Under the pieces are notes generated by a model, which ran no database searches, had not been told where the DNA came from, and saw nothing but the letters and a program-made list of their open reading frames with translations. From a virus, in IMG/VR virus record IMGVR_UViG_3300045988_183636: a DNA stretch of 64,000 nt; one strand, 5' to 3'. The position numbers were made by a program, and so were the translations under genes. This document shows positions 1 to 9,994 of the stretch, in pieces. Numbering within the stretch: position 1 is the first letter of the stretch; each line of letters opens with the position of its first letter.

Positions 1-1564
1 CAAAGAGTTTGAACGGCTCAATAATTCGCGTCCGGAAGGGGTGGAGGAGTACGCAAATCCGCGTAACCTCGCGAATTCAACAGTATCCATGAAGGACGCG
101 GAGGATATGAGAAAACGTAAGATCCAGTTCTTTGCGTTTAAGCTTGTCCATATGGATGACCCGTTACCGGAGGATCAGGATACCTTTATGGGCCGCCTGA
201 ATTACCTGGATTCCCTTGGTTTTGATACGGTGTACCGCCTTTACGGGGACAGCCAGAGTGATCTCATTGATGTCATGAACGGATTTTCTGACGCAGTCGA
301 GCAGTTTGAGTATCCGGTGGATGGACTTGTTGTTGCATCTGATGATGTCAGGTATGCGGAGACTCTGCCGGGAACCGGGCACAATCCAGACCCGCTCGTT
401 GGTTATGCCTTAAAGTGGGAAGATGAGATTGCCAAAACCGTACTCCGGAAGATTGAATGGAGTCTTGGACGCACCGGTGCGATTACTCCGGTAGCAATTT
501 TTGATCCGGTGGAACTTGAAGGCACTACGGTCAGCCGTGCGAGCGCACACAACGTCAGTATCATGAAGAAATACCGGCTGCGTGTGGGAGATACAATCGG
601 TGTATACAAGGCAAACAAGATTATTCCGCAGGTTGCAGTGAACTATACCGCGGATGAGAATCATACGCCGGCTCTTAAATACGAGGAAAGCCATAGCGTG
701 CATTGCCCGTGCTGTGGAATGGAAACAGAACCGCATATTTCCGATGACGGCACAACGGAAATCGAAGTATGTGTTAATCCGAAATGTCCAGCAAAAGATG
801 TAAAGAAGTTCGCGCATTTCGTTGAGCGCGACTGTATGAACATCAAAGGACTGTCGGAGGCAACACTGCAGAAATTCCTTGATTCCGGTTTCCTGCATGA
901 GTTCGCAGATCTGTACCATTTGGACAGATACAAGGATCAGATCGTTCCGATGGAAGGCTTTGGACAAAAATCATACGACAACCTGATTGCCTCCGTTGAG
1001 AAAAGCCGCAGGTCTTCCTTTGTTCCATTTATCCATTCCCTCGGTATCCCTAATATCGGAAAAGGACAGGCAAAACTGTTTGACAAGGAATATAATGGAG
1101 ATGTTGAGAAGTTTTTCGTTGATGTGTACCAGAGACATGACTTTACCCACATCGAAGGTATTGGAGATGTCTTAAACGATAACCTCTGGAAATGGGGGAA
1201 TGAATACTTAAGATATATTCCATTTGAGGATAGTTTGAATAAGGTGTCACCGCCTCTTAATCTGGAAGTTTACAACCTGCTCAAAGAAGTGGATATCCAG
1301 ATCCCGGAGAAAGCATCAACGGGTGCATCTTCCCTTGCCGGGAAAACATTTGTAATTACCGGCAAGTTAAAGCATTTTACAAACCGGGATGCACTGGTGG
1401 CAAAGATTGAAGAACTTGGAGGAAAAGCTTCCGGTTCGGTATCAAAGAATACCTCATATCTGATCAACAACGATGTTGAGAGCACATCCGGAAAGAACAA
1501 GAAGGCAAAGGAACTCGGAGTGCCGGTTATTTCGGAAGACGGGTTTCTGGAGATGATTAAATAA
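1..1564 (+). CDS. ligA: NAD-dependent DNA ligase LigA, 3' portion (5' end lies outside the window; frame is open from nt 2)
   Basis: OB-fold region, Cys4 zinc finger (CPCCG...CVNPKC), HhH region and C-terminal BRCT (GKTFVITGKL...) in the ORF 41..1564 translation; frame continues open to the window edge (..EFERLNNSRPEG..). Confidence 0.85.
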   Translation, partial: KEFERLNNSRPEGVEEYANPRNLANSTVSMKDAEDMRKRKIQFFAFKLVHMDDPLPEDQDTFMGRLNYLDSLGFDTVYRLYGDSQSDLIDVMNGFSDAVEQFEYPVDGLVVASDDVRYAETLPGTGHNPDPLVGYALKWEDEIAKTVLRKIEWSLGRTGAITPVAIFDPVELEGTTVSRASAHNVSIMKKYRLRVGDTIGVYKANKIIPQVAVNYTADENHTPALKYEESHSVHCPCCGMETEPHISDDGTTEIEVCVNPKCPAKDVKKFAHFVERDCMNIKGLSEATLQKFLDSGFLHEFADLYHLDRYKDQIVPMEGFGQKSYDNLIASVEKSRRSSFVPFIHSLGIPNIGKGQAKLFDKEYNGDVEKFFVDVYQRHDFTHIEGIGDVLNDNLWKWGNEYLRYIPFEDSLNKVSPPLNLEVYNLLKEVDIQIPEKASTGASSLAGKTFVITGKLKHFTNRDALVAKIEELGGKASGSVSKNTSYLINNDVESTSGKNKKAKELGVPVISEDGFLEMIK

Positions 1565-1573
1565 GGAGGACAT

Positions 1574-2212
1574 ATGTCACATATGAAAGGAATCCATGTT
1601 TCCTTCGATATTGTGGACGAGTTTATTCCACGGGTGCCGCGTCAGCGGTGTCCGGGAGAAGATGAGACAGTTCCGCGGATCTGTGTTGCGGAAGACATCC
1701 TGAATGCTGTTAATGCAGTCCCACAGGCAGGACTTGTTATGGAGAATATGAAAAGTCTCGGTCTTCCTGTCGTAATTCATGCTTATTACCTTACAGGAGA
1801 GGGCATGGGAAAAGAGGAAGTGCAGAACTACGTTCCGGATGCAAAGCTGACAGGGGAGTTCTGGCTGACAGAAAAACCCCGGGAAGTACGGCGTGTGGAC
1901 TACGAGATTGTGGATTTTACAACGGAAACGGTTAAGGATCCGTTTGGACACGACCTTACGGCTGTTGTGATTATTTCTTTCAATAAATGTGAATATCAGG
2001 ACAATGTGGAAAATTTCCTGCATTCCATGAACGGATGTGGGGACGTATCCAAAGAGCGCATGGAAAGAGCACGGAAAATTTTCAAGGAATATTCGTTCCG
2101 TACCGTAATATCGAATATCGGAGATTTAATTACGAAAAACGGAGATGCAATTACGAAAAAAATAAGAGAAAAGAGGAACCTGCGGGTTCTTCTTTTTTTC
2201 TTTCCATCTTAA
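1574..2212 (+). CDS. hypothetical protein
   Basis: 212-aa ORF with RBS AAGGAGG 6 nt upstream of the ATG; no recognisable motif. Confidence 0.5.
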   Translation: MSHMKGIHVSFDIVDEFIPRVPRQRCPGEDETVPRICVAEDILNAVNAVPQAGLVMENMKSLGLPVVIHAYYLTGEGMGKEEVQNYVPDAKLTGEFWLTEKPREVRRVDYEIVDFTTETVKDPFGHDLTAVVIISFNKCEYQDNVENFLHSMNGCGDVSKERMERARKIFKEYSFRTVISNIGDLITKNGDAITKKIREKRNLRVLLFFFPS

Positions 2213-2232
2213 GCGGTTAGTGCGGAAATTTT

Positions 2233-2254
2233 GTTTCATATTGGTAGTGTAAAC
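2233..2254 (+). promoter_or_regulatory. class-2 promoter-like motif TTCATATT-N5/6-TGTAAAC
   Basis: gtttcatattggtagtgtaaac, followed ~20 nt later by CGAAAGGAG; one of >=13 copies of this motif in the window. Confidence 0.5.
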
Positions 2255-2393
2255 GAAACTATTTCAACAACGAAAGGAGAAAAAAGACTATGCGAAAAAA
2301 GAAAATAAAAATCATCGAAAAACCTCCTCGGTCTTGAAATTTTTGTATAAGTAAGAAAACAAGAGTTTCAATAGAAAATTGGAGGAAAATATT

Positions 2394-2711
2394 ATGGTAC
2401 AAACAATTAAAATACCAAGCAAAGAAATGGAATTAATTAATGATTTGCTAAACCTCACAGGAGATGAGATTTATCAGAAATATGGATATAAGCGAGACGA
2501 AACAATTACACATACTGCCAAATTCCCAAATGGAATTGAAGCAGATATTAAGTTAGTAATTTGTGAAGAAGAAGCTCCATATACAGAAGGTATATTATTC
2601 CATAATGGATTTGAACTAACATGCACAGAACCAGATTGTACATATGACGGTGAATGGAACTTCGAACATAATGGAATTGAATACACTGTTCTCGTGGAAG
2701 TGGAAAATTGA
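2394..2711 (+). CDS. hypothetical small protein
   Basis: RBS TGGAGGAAAA before ATG 2394 (MVQTIKIP..); the ORF-track start at 2379 is probably too early. Confidence 0.5.
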   Translation: MVQTIKIPSKEMELINDLLNLTGDEIYQKYGYKRDETITHTAKFPNGIEADIKLVICEEEAPYTEGILFHNGFELTCTEPDCTYDGEWNFEHNGIEYTVLVEVEN

Positions 2712-2755
2712 AGAAACGATGGCTTAACAGATTAAGATTTAAAAGAGGGGAACAA

Positions 2756-3004
2756 ATGCAAATAAATGTTAAATATAATGTTGGAGAAAAAATAAAAAGA
2801 CCACGTAATTGTTTTGCCACTACATCTCATTCTGGTTCAAGCGCAGAACAAATTCTCAGAGTTGAAAGAATAATTATTGAAAGAGGAAATTCTTTCAACG
2901 GTTGGAAAACAAAATTCTACTATGAGTGCCAAGATGAGCAGAATGGTAATTTTGTCACATTGGATGATGAAGAAATAGATAAATGTAGTAGTATGAAACG
3001 ATGA
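2756..3004 (+). CDS. hypothetical small protein
   Basis: RBS AAGAGGGG before ATG 2756 (MQINVKYN..). Confidence 0.45.
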   Translation: MQINVKYNVGEKIKRPRNCFATTSHSGSSAEQILRVERIIIERGNSFNGWKTKFYYECQDEQNGNFVTLDDEEIDKCSSMKR

Positions 3005-3061
3005 TTTTATTAAGAAAATAAACAGGATAAAGGCACGGCTCCGGCTGTGTCTTTTTTTGTA

Positions 3062-3082
3062 TTTCATATTAAAAATGTAGAG
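3062..3082 (+). promoter_or_regulatory. class-2 promoter-like motif upstream of cca
   Basis: tttcatattaaaaatgtagag, preceded by a terminator hairpin with T-run and followed by GCGAAAGGAG. Confidence 0.5.
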
Positions 3083-3113
3083 ATTTTTTTTTGCGAAAGG
3101 AGAAAGAGAAAAT

Positions 3114-4496
3114 ATGAAAAAAGAAGAATTAATACCGGATGTCCGCTCACGGGAAGATATTAACCGGCTATATCAGGTGTTTACCGCATCAGGATATCAG
3201 CTGTATCCCGTTGGGGGCTGTGTGAGGGATGCTGTAGCCGGAACAGCGCCACACGACTACGATATGTGTACAAATGCTGTTCCGGCGCGGGTCATTCAGA
3301 TTTTGCAGGACGGGCAGATTCCGTTCCATGCACCGGGGATCGACTTTGGTACGGTCATTGCAGATGTAAGAGGGAATTCCTACGAAATTACGAGCTTCCG
3401 GTCAGAAAGAGAATATACCGATGGCCGGCATCCGGGTAAGATCGTATTTGAGAAGGAGATAAATAAGGATCTTTCCAGAAGAGACTTTACGATCAATGCG
3501 ATGGCTTACGATCTGCAGTCCGAAACGGTCATTGACCCATTCAACGGCATCAGCGACCTACAGAACGGCATCATTAAATGTGTTGGAGACCCTTTCGAGC
3601 GCTTTCAGGAGGACGGGCTTCGGATTGTCCGGGCACTTCGATTTGCAATCCGCTATGGGGCAGATTTTGATGGGAAAACGGCGGGAGCAATCCATGAGAA
3701 CCTTGGAATGCTGCAGAACGTTTCAAAAGAACGTATCCTTATGGAATTTAGGAAAATCCTGAGTATGGATAAACCGGTTTCCAGAGTTTTTGTGGAATAT
3801 GCAGATGTAATTACCTGCCTTATTCCGGAATTAAAGTCGTGCGTACATTTCAATCAGAACAACAGATACCATAAGCATGATGTGTACGAGCATCTGCTCG
3901 CTGTAACAGATTTGTGCCAGACCACAAAATTTGAGATTAAGATGGCAGCACTGCTTCACGATATTGGAAAGCCGGACAGCTACATGGAAGATGAGAACGG
4001 ACATGGTCATTTTTACGGGCATCCGGCAGTATCCGCGGAGATTGCAAAGGGAGTTCTGAAAACGGATTTTAAGGGGTTGAAGACGGAAGAATATGACCGT
4101 ATCGTTGCGCTTGTGAAAACGCACGACAAATCAATTTCGTCGTCAAGAAAATCCGTAAAAAGATTCATCGCTGCTCATGGAGCGGATTTCCTCGATGACT
4201 GGGCTGTTTTAAAGAAAGCAGATTTCGATGACCACATTTTCCCGTCAGAACCGCCAAAAAACTGGTTTACGGATATTCCAGATGTCCTGAAAATCCGTGA
4301 TGAACTTGTGGCAGAGGAAGAGTGCTTTTCCCTGAAAGATCTGGCAGTTAATGGGAAAGATCTGATGAAAGAACTTGGCCTAAAACCGGGAAAGAAGATT
4401 GGTGCTATCCTGCAGCAGATGCTTGAAGCGGTCATTAACGAAACGGTAACAAACAATCGGGATGAACTTCTTTCCCTCGCACAGAAACTTATTTAA
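3114..4496 (+). CDS. cca: CCA-adding tRNA nucleotidyltransferase (class II, with C-terminal HD domain)
   Basis: Pol-beta head motif GGCVRD..DYD, RxxRxxRF, HD motif (HKHDVYEH...LLHDIGK). Confidence 0.85.
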   Translation: MKKEELIPDVRSREDINRLYQVFTASGYQLYPVGGCVRDAVAGTAPHDYDMCTNAVPARVIQILQDGQIPFHAPGIDFGTVIADVRGNSYEITSFRSEREYTDGRHPGKIVFEKEINKDLSRRDFTINAMAYDLQSETVIDPFNGISDLQNGIIKCVGDPFERFQEDGLRIVRALRFAIRYGADFDGKTAGAIHENLGMLQNVSKERILMEFRKILSMDKPVSRVFVEYADVITCLIPELKSCVHFNQNNRYHKHDVYEHLLAVTDLCQTTKFEIKMAALLHDIGKPDSYMEDENGHGHFYGHPAVSAEIAKGVLKTDFKGLKTEEYDRIVALVKTHDKSISSSRKSVKRFIAAHGADFLDDWAVLKKADFDDHIFPSEPPKNWFTDIPDVLKIRDELVAEEECFSLKDLAVNGKDLMKELGLKPGKKIGAILQQMLEAVINETVTNNRDELLSLAQKLI

Positions 4497-4499
4497 CAC

Positions 4500-4535
4500 A
4501 AAAAAAGAAAGCCTGTATCCCAGACTTTCTTTTTC
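4500..4535. terminator. bidirectional rho-independent terminator
   Basis: aaaaaagaaagcctgtatcccagactttctttttc hairpin with A/T runs on both sides, between convergent genes. Confidence 0.6.
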
Positions 4536-4540
4536 TTTCC

Positions 4541-4753
4541 TTACTTCGCCTCGATAATGAGTACGTTGTCTGATATCGTAATGTATCCGACATGCATGTC
4601 GAGGATTTCGTCGACCGGCTTTCCGTAGCCGTCTTTTAAAGTGCTGAATAGCACGGGTGCTTCGCGCCACTGTTTCCCATCGCGGCAGTTGTAAATTGCG
4701 TAATTGCAATTTGCATCGAAACTATCCGAATAAATAAGATCTCCAACCAACAT
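4541..4753 (-). CDS. hypothetical small protein
   Basis: RBS AAGGAGG before the minus-strand ATG; third gene of a minus-strand triplet. Confidence 0.5.
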   Translation of the reverse strand: MLVGDLIYSDSFDANCNYAIYNCRDGKQWREAPVLFSTLKDGYGKPVDEILDMHVGYITISDNVLIIEAK

Positions 4754-4771
4754 ATGTTTTCCTCCTTGTGT

Positions 4772-4984
4772 TCAATCGCATGACGCCCATGCGACAGCTT
4801 CTTCGGCGGTATCGAACCAATCCGGCGTTTCAACTCCATCTTTTTCCAGATGGAATCCATACAGAATTTCTGTATTTGGATGTTCGCGGAGACATTCCTC
4901 AACTTCTGTATAAATATCTCCATATATTCCGTCGCCACTATCGTTTGCGCAGACTACTGACAATTTGTATCCATTGATTAACAT
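4772..4984 (-). CDS. hypothetical small protein
   Basis: RBS TAGGAGG before ATG (MLINGYKL). Confidence 0.5.
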   Translation of the reverse strand: MLINGYKLSVVCANDSGDGIYGDIYTEVEECLREHPNTEILYGFHLEKDGVETPDWFDTAEEAVAWASCD

Positions 4985-4996
4985 ACGTTTTTCCTC

Positions 4997-5500
4997 CTAC
5001 CCGTAGTATTCCTGTTTGAGAAAATCTGGTTCTCCTTCAATTCCAAGCGAGTCCATGCATTCTTTACAAATGGATTTAAGTTTTTCTTGCGTTAAACTTT
5101 TTTCCTCTTCGTTGTAGTTCCATGGGTAATCTTCTTGGAAAATGACAGCTGGATAAGTGTCACAATCTGGATCAGCTCCGTAATAGGAAAAACGGATGCC
5201 TGTTACACGAGTCATTACATTGCTGATGACAGCGCCTGCGCCCTGTGATCCGGAAGTTTGGCAGCTGTAGGAATCGAAAGTTTTTTCAATGATGTCTTCT
5301 AGTTCAGATTCATCCATTTTTTTTGGTTTCCCATTTTCATCTTTTACATTGAGACGTTCTGAAAACAGGTTGAAAAGTTCAACCTCTTCATTACTCATGC
5401 AAAAATGAAAAAGGTTATTTTCGAGAAATTCTTTGAATTTTTTTGGCTTACAATCGCAGTTAAATCCAATGCCGCAGTAAATGATTGAGTTCATATTCAT
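4997..5500 (-). CDS. hypothetical protein
   Basis: 167-aa ORF; RBS CGAAAGGAG before ATG; minus-strand class-2 motif upstream. Confidence 0.55.
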   Translation of the reverse strand: MNMNSIIYCGIGFNCDCKPKKFKEFLENNLFHFCMSNEEVELFNLFSERLNVKDENGKPKKMDESELEDIIEKTFDSYSCQTSGSQGAGAVISNVMTRVTGIRFSYYGADPDCDTYPAVIFQEDYPWNYNEEEKSLTQEKLKSICKECMDSLGIEGEPDFLKQEYYG

Positions 5501-5532
5501 ATTTTGTATCTCCTTTCGATAGTAAAAAAATT

Positions 5533-5555
5533 GTTTTACAACTTTAATATGAAAT
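5533..5555 (-). promoter_or_regulatory. class-2 promoter-like motif (minus strand)
   Basis: the reverse complement reads atttcatattaaagttgtaaaac, followed by CGAAAGGAG. Confidence 0.45.
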
Positions 5556-5588
5556 AAAAAAGTTTTCTTCTGTGGTTGGATTTTTTCA

Positions 5589-5609
5589 TTTCATATTGTT
5601 GGCGTAAAC
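5589..5609 (+). promoter_or_regulatory. class-2 promoter-like motif
   Basis: tttcatattgttggcgtaaac then GCGAAAGGAG. Confidence 0.5.
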
Positions 5610-5638
5610 AAAAAACCTGTGCGAAAGGAGAAAATGAG

Positions 5639-5947
5639 ATGGAAAAGAAAGAGATTGGAACGATGAGAGAGAAAGAATTCAAAGATGCCCTGCAGGAATC
5701 CAGAGAATATCTCTCAGACTATATTTGCGTTAGCAAAGATGTAATCAGGGCAATCCAGCGGCATGCAAAGCGCTATGGCATCATGCCTGGAATCTGTGCA
5801 TGGTATCTCGACTGGGAAGATTTTTGTTCTGACTGGTGTGATCAGTGTGGATATACGCGAACGCAGGCAAGAAAACTGTTGCATGGAGGAATCGGGGAAT
5901 TTCAGGTTTTGCCAAATGGAAACGGAATCATCCGGTATACATTGTAA
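5639..5947 (+). CDS. hypothetical protein
   Basis: start corrected to the ATG 8 nt after GGAG (MEKKEIGT..); the upstream in-frame ATG would give only a 10-aa peptide. Confidence 0.5.
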   Translation: MEKKEIGTMREKEFKDALQESREYLSDYICVSKDVIRAIQRHAKRYGIMPGICAWYLDWEDFCSDWCDQCGYTRTQARKLLHGGIGEFQVLPNGNGIIRYTL

Positions 5948-5959
5948 GAGGAGAAAACT

Positions 5960-6172
5960 ATGAATAAGACTTATTATAATTTTCGACACCGTGTTGGCGT
6001 ACCAAGGCATCTGGATGTCTGCCTTGCGGATGAGAAGAATGGAAGTAATTTCATTTTCCAGACGAAAGATGCCGCTCAGAGATGTCTTGAGAAAGAATTC
6101 CGTAAAGGGAGAGCGTTTCATGACCAAAAATATGGATATGTAAAGCATTACATTCGGTATTTTTACAGTTAA
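5960..6172 (+). CDS. hypothetical small protein
   Basis: RBS AAGAGGAG before ATG. Confidence 0.45.
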   Translation: MNKTYYNFRHRVGVPRHLDVCLADEKNGSNFIFQTKDAAQRCLEKEFRKGRAFHDQKYGYVKHYIRYFYS

Positions 6173-6227
6173 GCGTATGCGAAAGAGTTCCTTTTTTAGA
6201 GGGGGACTCTTTTTTTTGTTTCATATT

Positions 6228-6249
6228 ACTGGTGTAAACTTTTTAAGAC
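6228..6249 (+). promoter_or_regulatory. class-2 promoter-like motif
   Basis: gtttcatattactggtgtaaac then CGAAAGGAG. Confidence 0.5.
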
Positions 6250-6270
6250 TATTCGAAAGGAGAAAATAAG

Positions 6271-7074
6271 ATGAAAGTAAAGAAATTAGCGGATGGAACA
6301 ATACAGTTCCAAAAAGATGAGCGCGATTATGAGGACGTTGTTTACACCGTTTTCTTTGAAACAAATTTACTGCTTCTTGGTTTGAAGAAAGAAGATACTT
6401 CTGAAACTGTGCAATTCTTTTACAGCATGGATACCGACAAGAAATACGGCACGGTTCATTTGCCAGAAGATCAGAAACGGTTTGATGCTGGCGAGGTATT
6501 AACTCTGTATCCGATGGATATGACGATGGATGACTATGAAGTTCTTTGCAATGAAAAACTTATGTTTGAGATGTCTGGAGGACAGGTAATGGATGCGTTC
6601 TCGATTAATGAGAAATCTTTTGTTTTGTGCCCGTACGTCGTTGTTCCACATAAGGAGAAACCTTCCTTCAAATGCCTTGTATTCGACTATGAAATGAACC
6701 CAGTGGATGGATATGCGGATGTTTGTGGAGACAATCCTTTCACAGTTATGAAAAGGGTAATGGAAAAACTTGGGTTGGATGAGGAGAGTTCTGTATCGCG
6801 CATTGAAACAACGTCTGCTTTAATGCGTGCTAGATATCGTAAATGGTTTTACACATACGGAAGCAGTAACCAGTTTCCTTTCCAGAGTGGCTGGACAGAG
6901 GTGCTTGCTACTGATGCAAAACGAGCAAATCAAACTTTTCGTGGTGTTCACCCAGATGTAACTCCTGGTTATTTGAATTGTGCGTACATGTACAGTCAGG
7001 ATGAGTTCCCAATGAGTATGGCTTCCGCAGGAAATTATGGAAGCTGGACGCAGGAAACCCTGATTGCCAGATAG
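6271..7074 (+). CDS. hypothetical protein
   Basis: 267-aa ORF with motif-RBS context. Confidence 0.55.
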   Translation: MKVKKLADGTIQFQKDERDYEDVVYTVFFETNLLLLGLKKEDTSETVQFFYSMDTDKKYGTVHLPEDQKRFDAGEVLTLYPMDMTMDDYEVLCNEKLMFEMSGGQVMDAFSINEKSFVLCPYVVVPHKEKPSFKCLVFDYEMNPVDGYADVCGDNPFTVMKRVMEKLGLDEESSVSRIETTSALMRARYRKWFYTYGSSNQFPFQSGWTEVLATDAKRANQTFRGVHPDVTPGYLNCAYMYSQDEFPMSMASAGNYGSWTQETLIAR

Positions 7075-7152
7075 TTGAAAAAGAAGAAAAAGCTGTGCAT
7101 ATTTGCATGGCTTTTTTTGTGTGTGGGTGTGAGAAATGGAGAAAAAGTTTCA

Positions 7153-7173
7153 TTTCATATTCCTTATGTGAAC
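7153..7173 (+). promoter_or_regulatory. class-2 promoter-like motif
   Basis: tttcatattccttatgtgaac then TGAAAGGAG. Confidence 0.5.
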
Positions 7174-7204
7174 ATTTTTACAAAGTTGAAAGGAGAAAGA
7201 ATCT

Positions 7205-8065
7205 ATGAAAACAACAATTAAACTGTGGTATGAGGAAAAATATCTGCCAAATAAAAGATGCCGTAAATTAAGAGAGCGTGCTGTCAGCAAAGATGTTGAT
7301 ATTGAGGCTTGCGAGGTTACCAAGGAAGAATTTCCGGTTGCGTTTGTCATACATGACTATGAGAGTGTGTATGAAGGTGCAAAGTCATATAGTGATTTTG
7401 AAGGAAACGGAGATTATAGGATGTTTTCAGAAGAGATCAGGACATATAATGGGAAACTGTACAAGCCTCTCCGTGTTACGTACGGCACAGCAATCAGCAC
7501 AAACTTTGAGTCATTGGATACTTTAAAATATAAGCTGCAGGAACAGGCTCCAGTCTGGAAAGGTGGAGAGGATTATTCAGAAGGATCCATTATTAAGGAA
7601 AGCAATTTTAATGAGAAAATGAATTCCGCGAATAAAAGGGCCGAGGTTTATATTGTGTGTGACGGTGTCATCTGGGAAACTTGTGGAGAACCGATGTATG
7701 TCATAAATACTTTTGGCCTTGGACACAACCATGGCGGAACTGGATTTTTTATTGAGTACTTTTATAATGATAACATTCCAGCTCAAAACTACTTCAACGC
7801 CTTGCAGCGTGAGGAAGCGATTACCTATGGCAAAAAAGTAGCTCTTGGACGTGGGGATGACAAAAGCGTGGATGGCATGGGAGACCACGACATCATTGAG
7901 GTCAAGATGCCGGAAATGGTTAAGAGATGCCCACAGAAAGATCATGGGGATGGAGATCCATTTTTAAACGAGCTTGAAGGTATCATTTCCCATAGCGACA
8001 GCATTGGCGAAGCGGGGCTTCTCACAGTTCTTACGACAATGGCAGAGTGCAACGCAGAAAAATAA
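7205..8065 (+). CDS. hypothetical protein
   Basis: 286-aa ORF with RBS. Confidence 0.55.
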   Translation: MKTTIKLWYEEKYLPNKRCRKLRERAVSKDVDIEACEVTKEEFPVAFVIHDYESVYEGAKSYSDFEGNGDYRMFSEEIRTYNGKLYKPLRVTYGTAISTNFESLDTLKYKLQEQAPVWKGGEDYSEGSIIKESNFNEKMNSANKRAEVYIVCDGVIWETCGEPMYVINTFGLGHNHGGTGFFIEYFYNDNIPAQNYFNALQREEAITYGKKVALGRGDDKSVDGMGDHDIIEVKMPEMVKRCPQKDHGDGDPFLNELEGIISHSDSIGEAGLLTVLTTMAECNAEK

Positions 8066-8070
8066 GATTA

Positions 8071-8103
8071 AAAGGGTTCGTCTGATGGCGGACTCTTTTT
8101 TTT
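8071..8103 (+). terminator. rho-independent terminator (identical copy at 10602..10634)
   Basis: aaagggttcgtctgatggcggactcttttttttt. Confidence 0.65.
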
Positions 8104-8104
8104 A

Positions 8105-8125
8105 TTCCATATTAAAAGTGTAAAC
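8105..8125 (+). promoter_or_regulatory. class-2 promoter-like motif now abutting the IS insertion
   Basis: ttccatattaaaagtgtaaac; the IS left-end hairpin starts about 30 nt downstream, so the gene it once served appears to be disrupted. Confidence 0.4.
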
Positions 8126-8195
8126 CGATTTTTTAATGAAATATCTAAGCAGAAGTCCCCTGACAGCGTCAGGGGATGAATGCGCCATTCGTACT

Positions 8196-8621
8196 CTATT
8201 TTGTATACTGATTCTGTATATACTGGCGCACAGTTTCTTTGCTCATGTTCCCAACGGTACCCATGTAATAGCTGTGTGACCACAGGTGCCCTCCCCACAT
8301 CTTTGCTTCTTTGATCTCCGGGTGGTTTATGAAAAAGATCTTTGCACTATGGCCCTTGAGATTTTTTACTACATCTGTTGCAGAATACTTTGGCTTAAAA
8401 CTTAGCATCATATGGACATGATCTTCCATAACTTCGATCTCTTCGATGCTGATGTCACTTTTCCCGGCGATATCCAGAAGGATGGATTTCATTTCTTCCA
8501 CAAGCTGTGGAGTCATAAAAATCTTATTCCTGTACTTCGTGACCCACACCAGACGATAGTGGAAGTTGTAAACATAATTCCGTTCATAAACGGCACCTTC
8601 AATGCGTGGTTTTCTTTTCAT
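8196..8621 (-). CDS. tnpA: IS200/IS605 TnpA (HUH Y1 transposase)
   Basis: HVHMMLSFKP HuH motif and YR..W.TKYR N-terminus; start taken at MKRKP with a GGAG RBS. Confidence 0.75.
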   Translation of the reverse strand: MKRKPRIEGAVYERNYVYNFHYRLVWVTKYRNKIFMTPQLVEEMKSILLDIAGKSDISIEEIEVMEDHVHMMLSFKPKYSATDVVKNLKGHSAKIFFINHPEIKEAKMWGGHLWSHSYYMGTVGNMSKETVRQYIQNQYTK

Positions 8622-8731
8622 ATGCATCACTCCTTTTATTTTAAAATAGCATATGTGTCTGTTGAATTCAATGTTCATATGTGCTATAATTAACCCAAAC
8701 ATAAGTTTGCTTTTGAAGGAGGTGAAAATCC

Positions 8732-9994
8732 ATGCGGAACATGAAACACATGACATATGTGATCGGTATAAAAGTACGTATATTTCCGTCTACTGTCCAG
8801 AAACGGATCATTGCAAAGAATGACGGAGTGACACGCTTTATTTACAACCGTCTGGTTGCACGCGATCGTGAACTGCACAGCCTGCAGAAAGTGCAGATAT
8901 ACTGCGAGCCTGTTGCCAGCCGCATAGACTACCTCAAGTCACTCGGCACGGATCTGTCTGACTTTAAAGCTGCATATCCATTCCTTGAAGATCCGGAGAT
9001 TGATTCCCTTGCCATTGCCAATGCAAAACAGAATTACCTTGCGGCATGGAAGAACTTCCGGAAGGTTCCAGGCACATCCATGCCTGTATTCCATAAGAAA
9101 TGGTATGGCAAAAGCTACCAGACAAACTGCCAGTATGCATCAGGGGTCACCCGCATGGATAAAGGCAGCGTACGCCTTCTGGATGACAGACATCTCAAGA
9201 TCCCGAAACTCGGGTCTGTAAAGTTTGCTGGGTCTGGTATGCTGCAGAAGATTTTCAAACGCACCTGCGAAACAAGAATCGGGACGGTTACGGTATCCAT
9301 GGATAACTGCGGGGATTACTATGTCTCCCTGCAGGCAGGTTCTGTATGTCCGTTCCACAAAGCACTCCCGGACACCGGGGATGGTGTCGGCATTGATGTA
9401 AACATCAAGAACCTTTACACCGATTCCAACGGTCAGGAGGCAGATAATCCTAAGTTTTACACAAAAGGACAGAAGAAACTCGCCAAGGCACAAAAGAAAC
9501 TTGCCCGGAGGAAAGAACGTGCCATAAAGGAAGGACGCTCCATCTATGAGTCGAAAAACTACCAAAAGCAGCGCCTGAAAGTGGCAAGGCTCTGTCGCAC
9601 AATTGCAAGACGCAGGGAAGATTACCTTGATGTCCAGAGCAAACACTTAGTCGAAAGCCAAGACTATATATTTGCAGAGGATATCAAGACAAAGAACCTG
9701 CTGAAGAACCATAAGCTTGCAAAAGCGATCGCTGACGTCGCGTGGAGGATGTTCCTTTCCAAAGTCTCCTACAAGTGTGACTTCTATGGCAGGCTTTTTG
9801 GAAAGGTGCCGTCAAAGAACACGACACAGACATGCAGCAGCTGCGGCCATGTGATGAAAGACAGTGAACATCTCGATCTGAATATCCGTGAATGGACTTG
9901 TCCGGAATGCGGCATGCATCATAACAGGGATGAGAACTCTGCAGTCAACATAAAAAATCTCGGGAAGATGATCTACCTTCCCGAGACTGTGTAA
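8732..9994 (+). CDS. tnpB: IS605 TnpB (OrfB, RuvC-like RNA-guided nuclease family)
   Basis: C-terminal zinc finger CSSCGH...CPECG..RDENSAVNI and overall OrfB architecture. Confidence 0.75.
   Translation: MRNMKHMTYVIGIKVRIFPSTVQKRIIAKNDGVTRFIYNRLVARDRELHSLQKVQIYCEPVASRIDYLKSLGTDLSDFKAAYPFLEDPEIDSLAIANAKQNYLAAWKNFRKVPGTSMPVFHKKWYGKSYQTNCQYASGVTRMDKGSVRLLDDRHLKIPKLGSVKFAGSGMLQKIFKRTCETRIGTVTVSMDNCGDYYVSLQAGSVCPFHKALPDTGDGVGIDVNIKNLYTDSNGQEADNPKFYTKGQKKLAKAQKKLARRKERAIKEGRSIYESKNYQKQRLKVARLCRTIARRREDYLDVQSKHLVESQDYIFAEDIKTKNLLKNHKLAKAIADVAWRMFLSKVSYKCDFYGRLFGKVPSKNTTQTCSSCGHVMKDSEHLDLNIREWTCPECGMHHNRDENSAVNIKNLGKMIYLPETV

Noticed and set aside
164-2023. Minus-strand ORFs 164..382, 403..618, 410..967, 661..933, 843..1028, 937..1152, 1270..1500 and 1577..2023
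   Set aside because: Antisense to the well-supported ligA and downstream genes, with no initiation signals
8412-9646. ORFs 8412..8693 (+) and 9115..9300, 9140..9646 (-)
   Set aside because: Antisense to or overlapping the IS tnpA/tnpB genes
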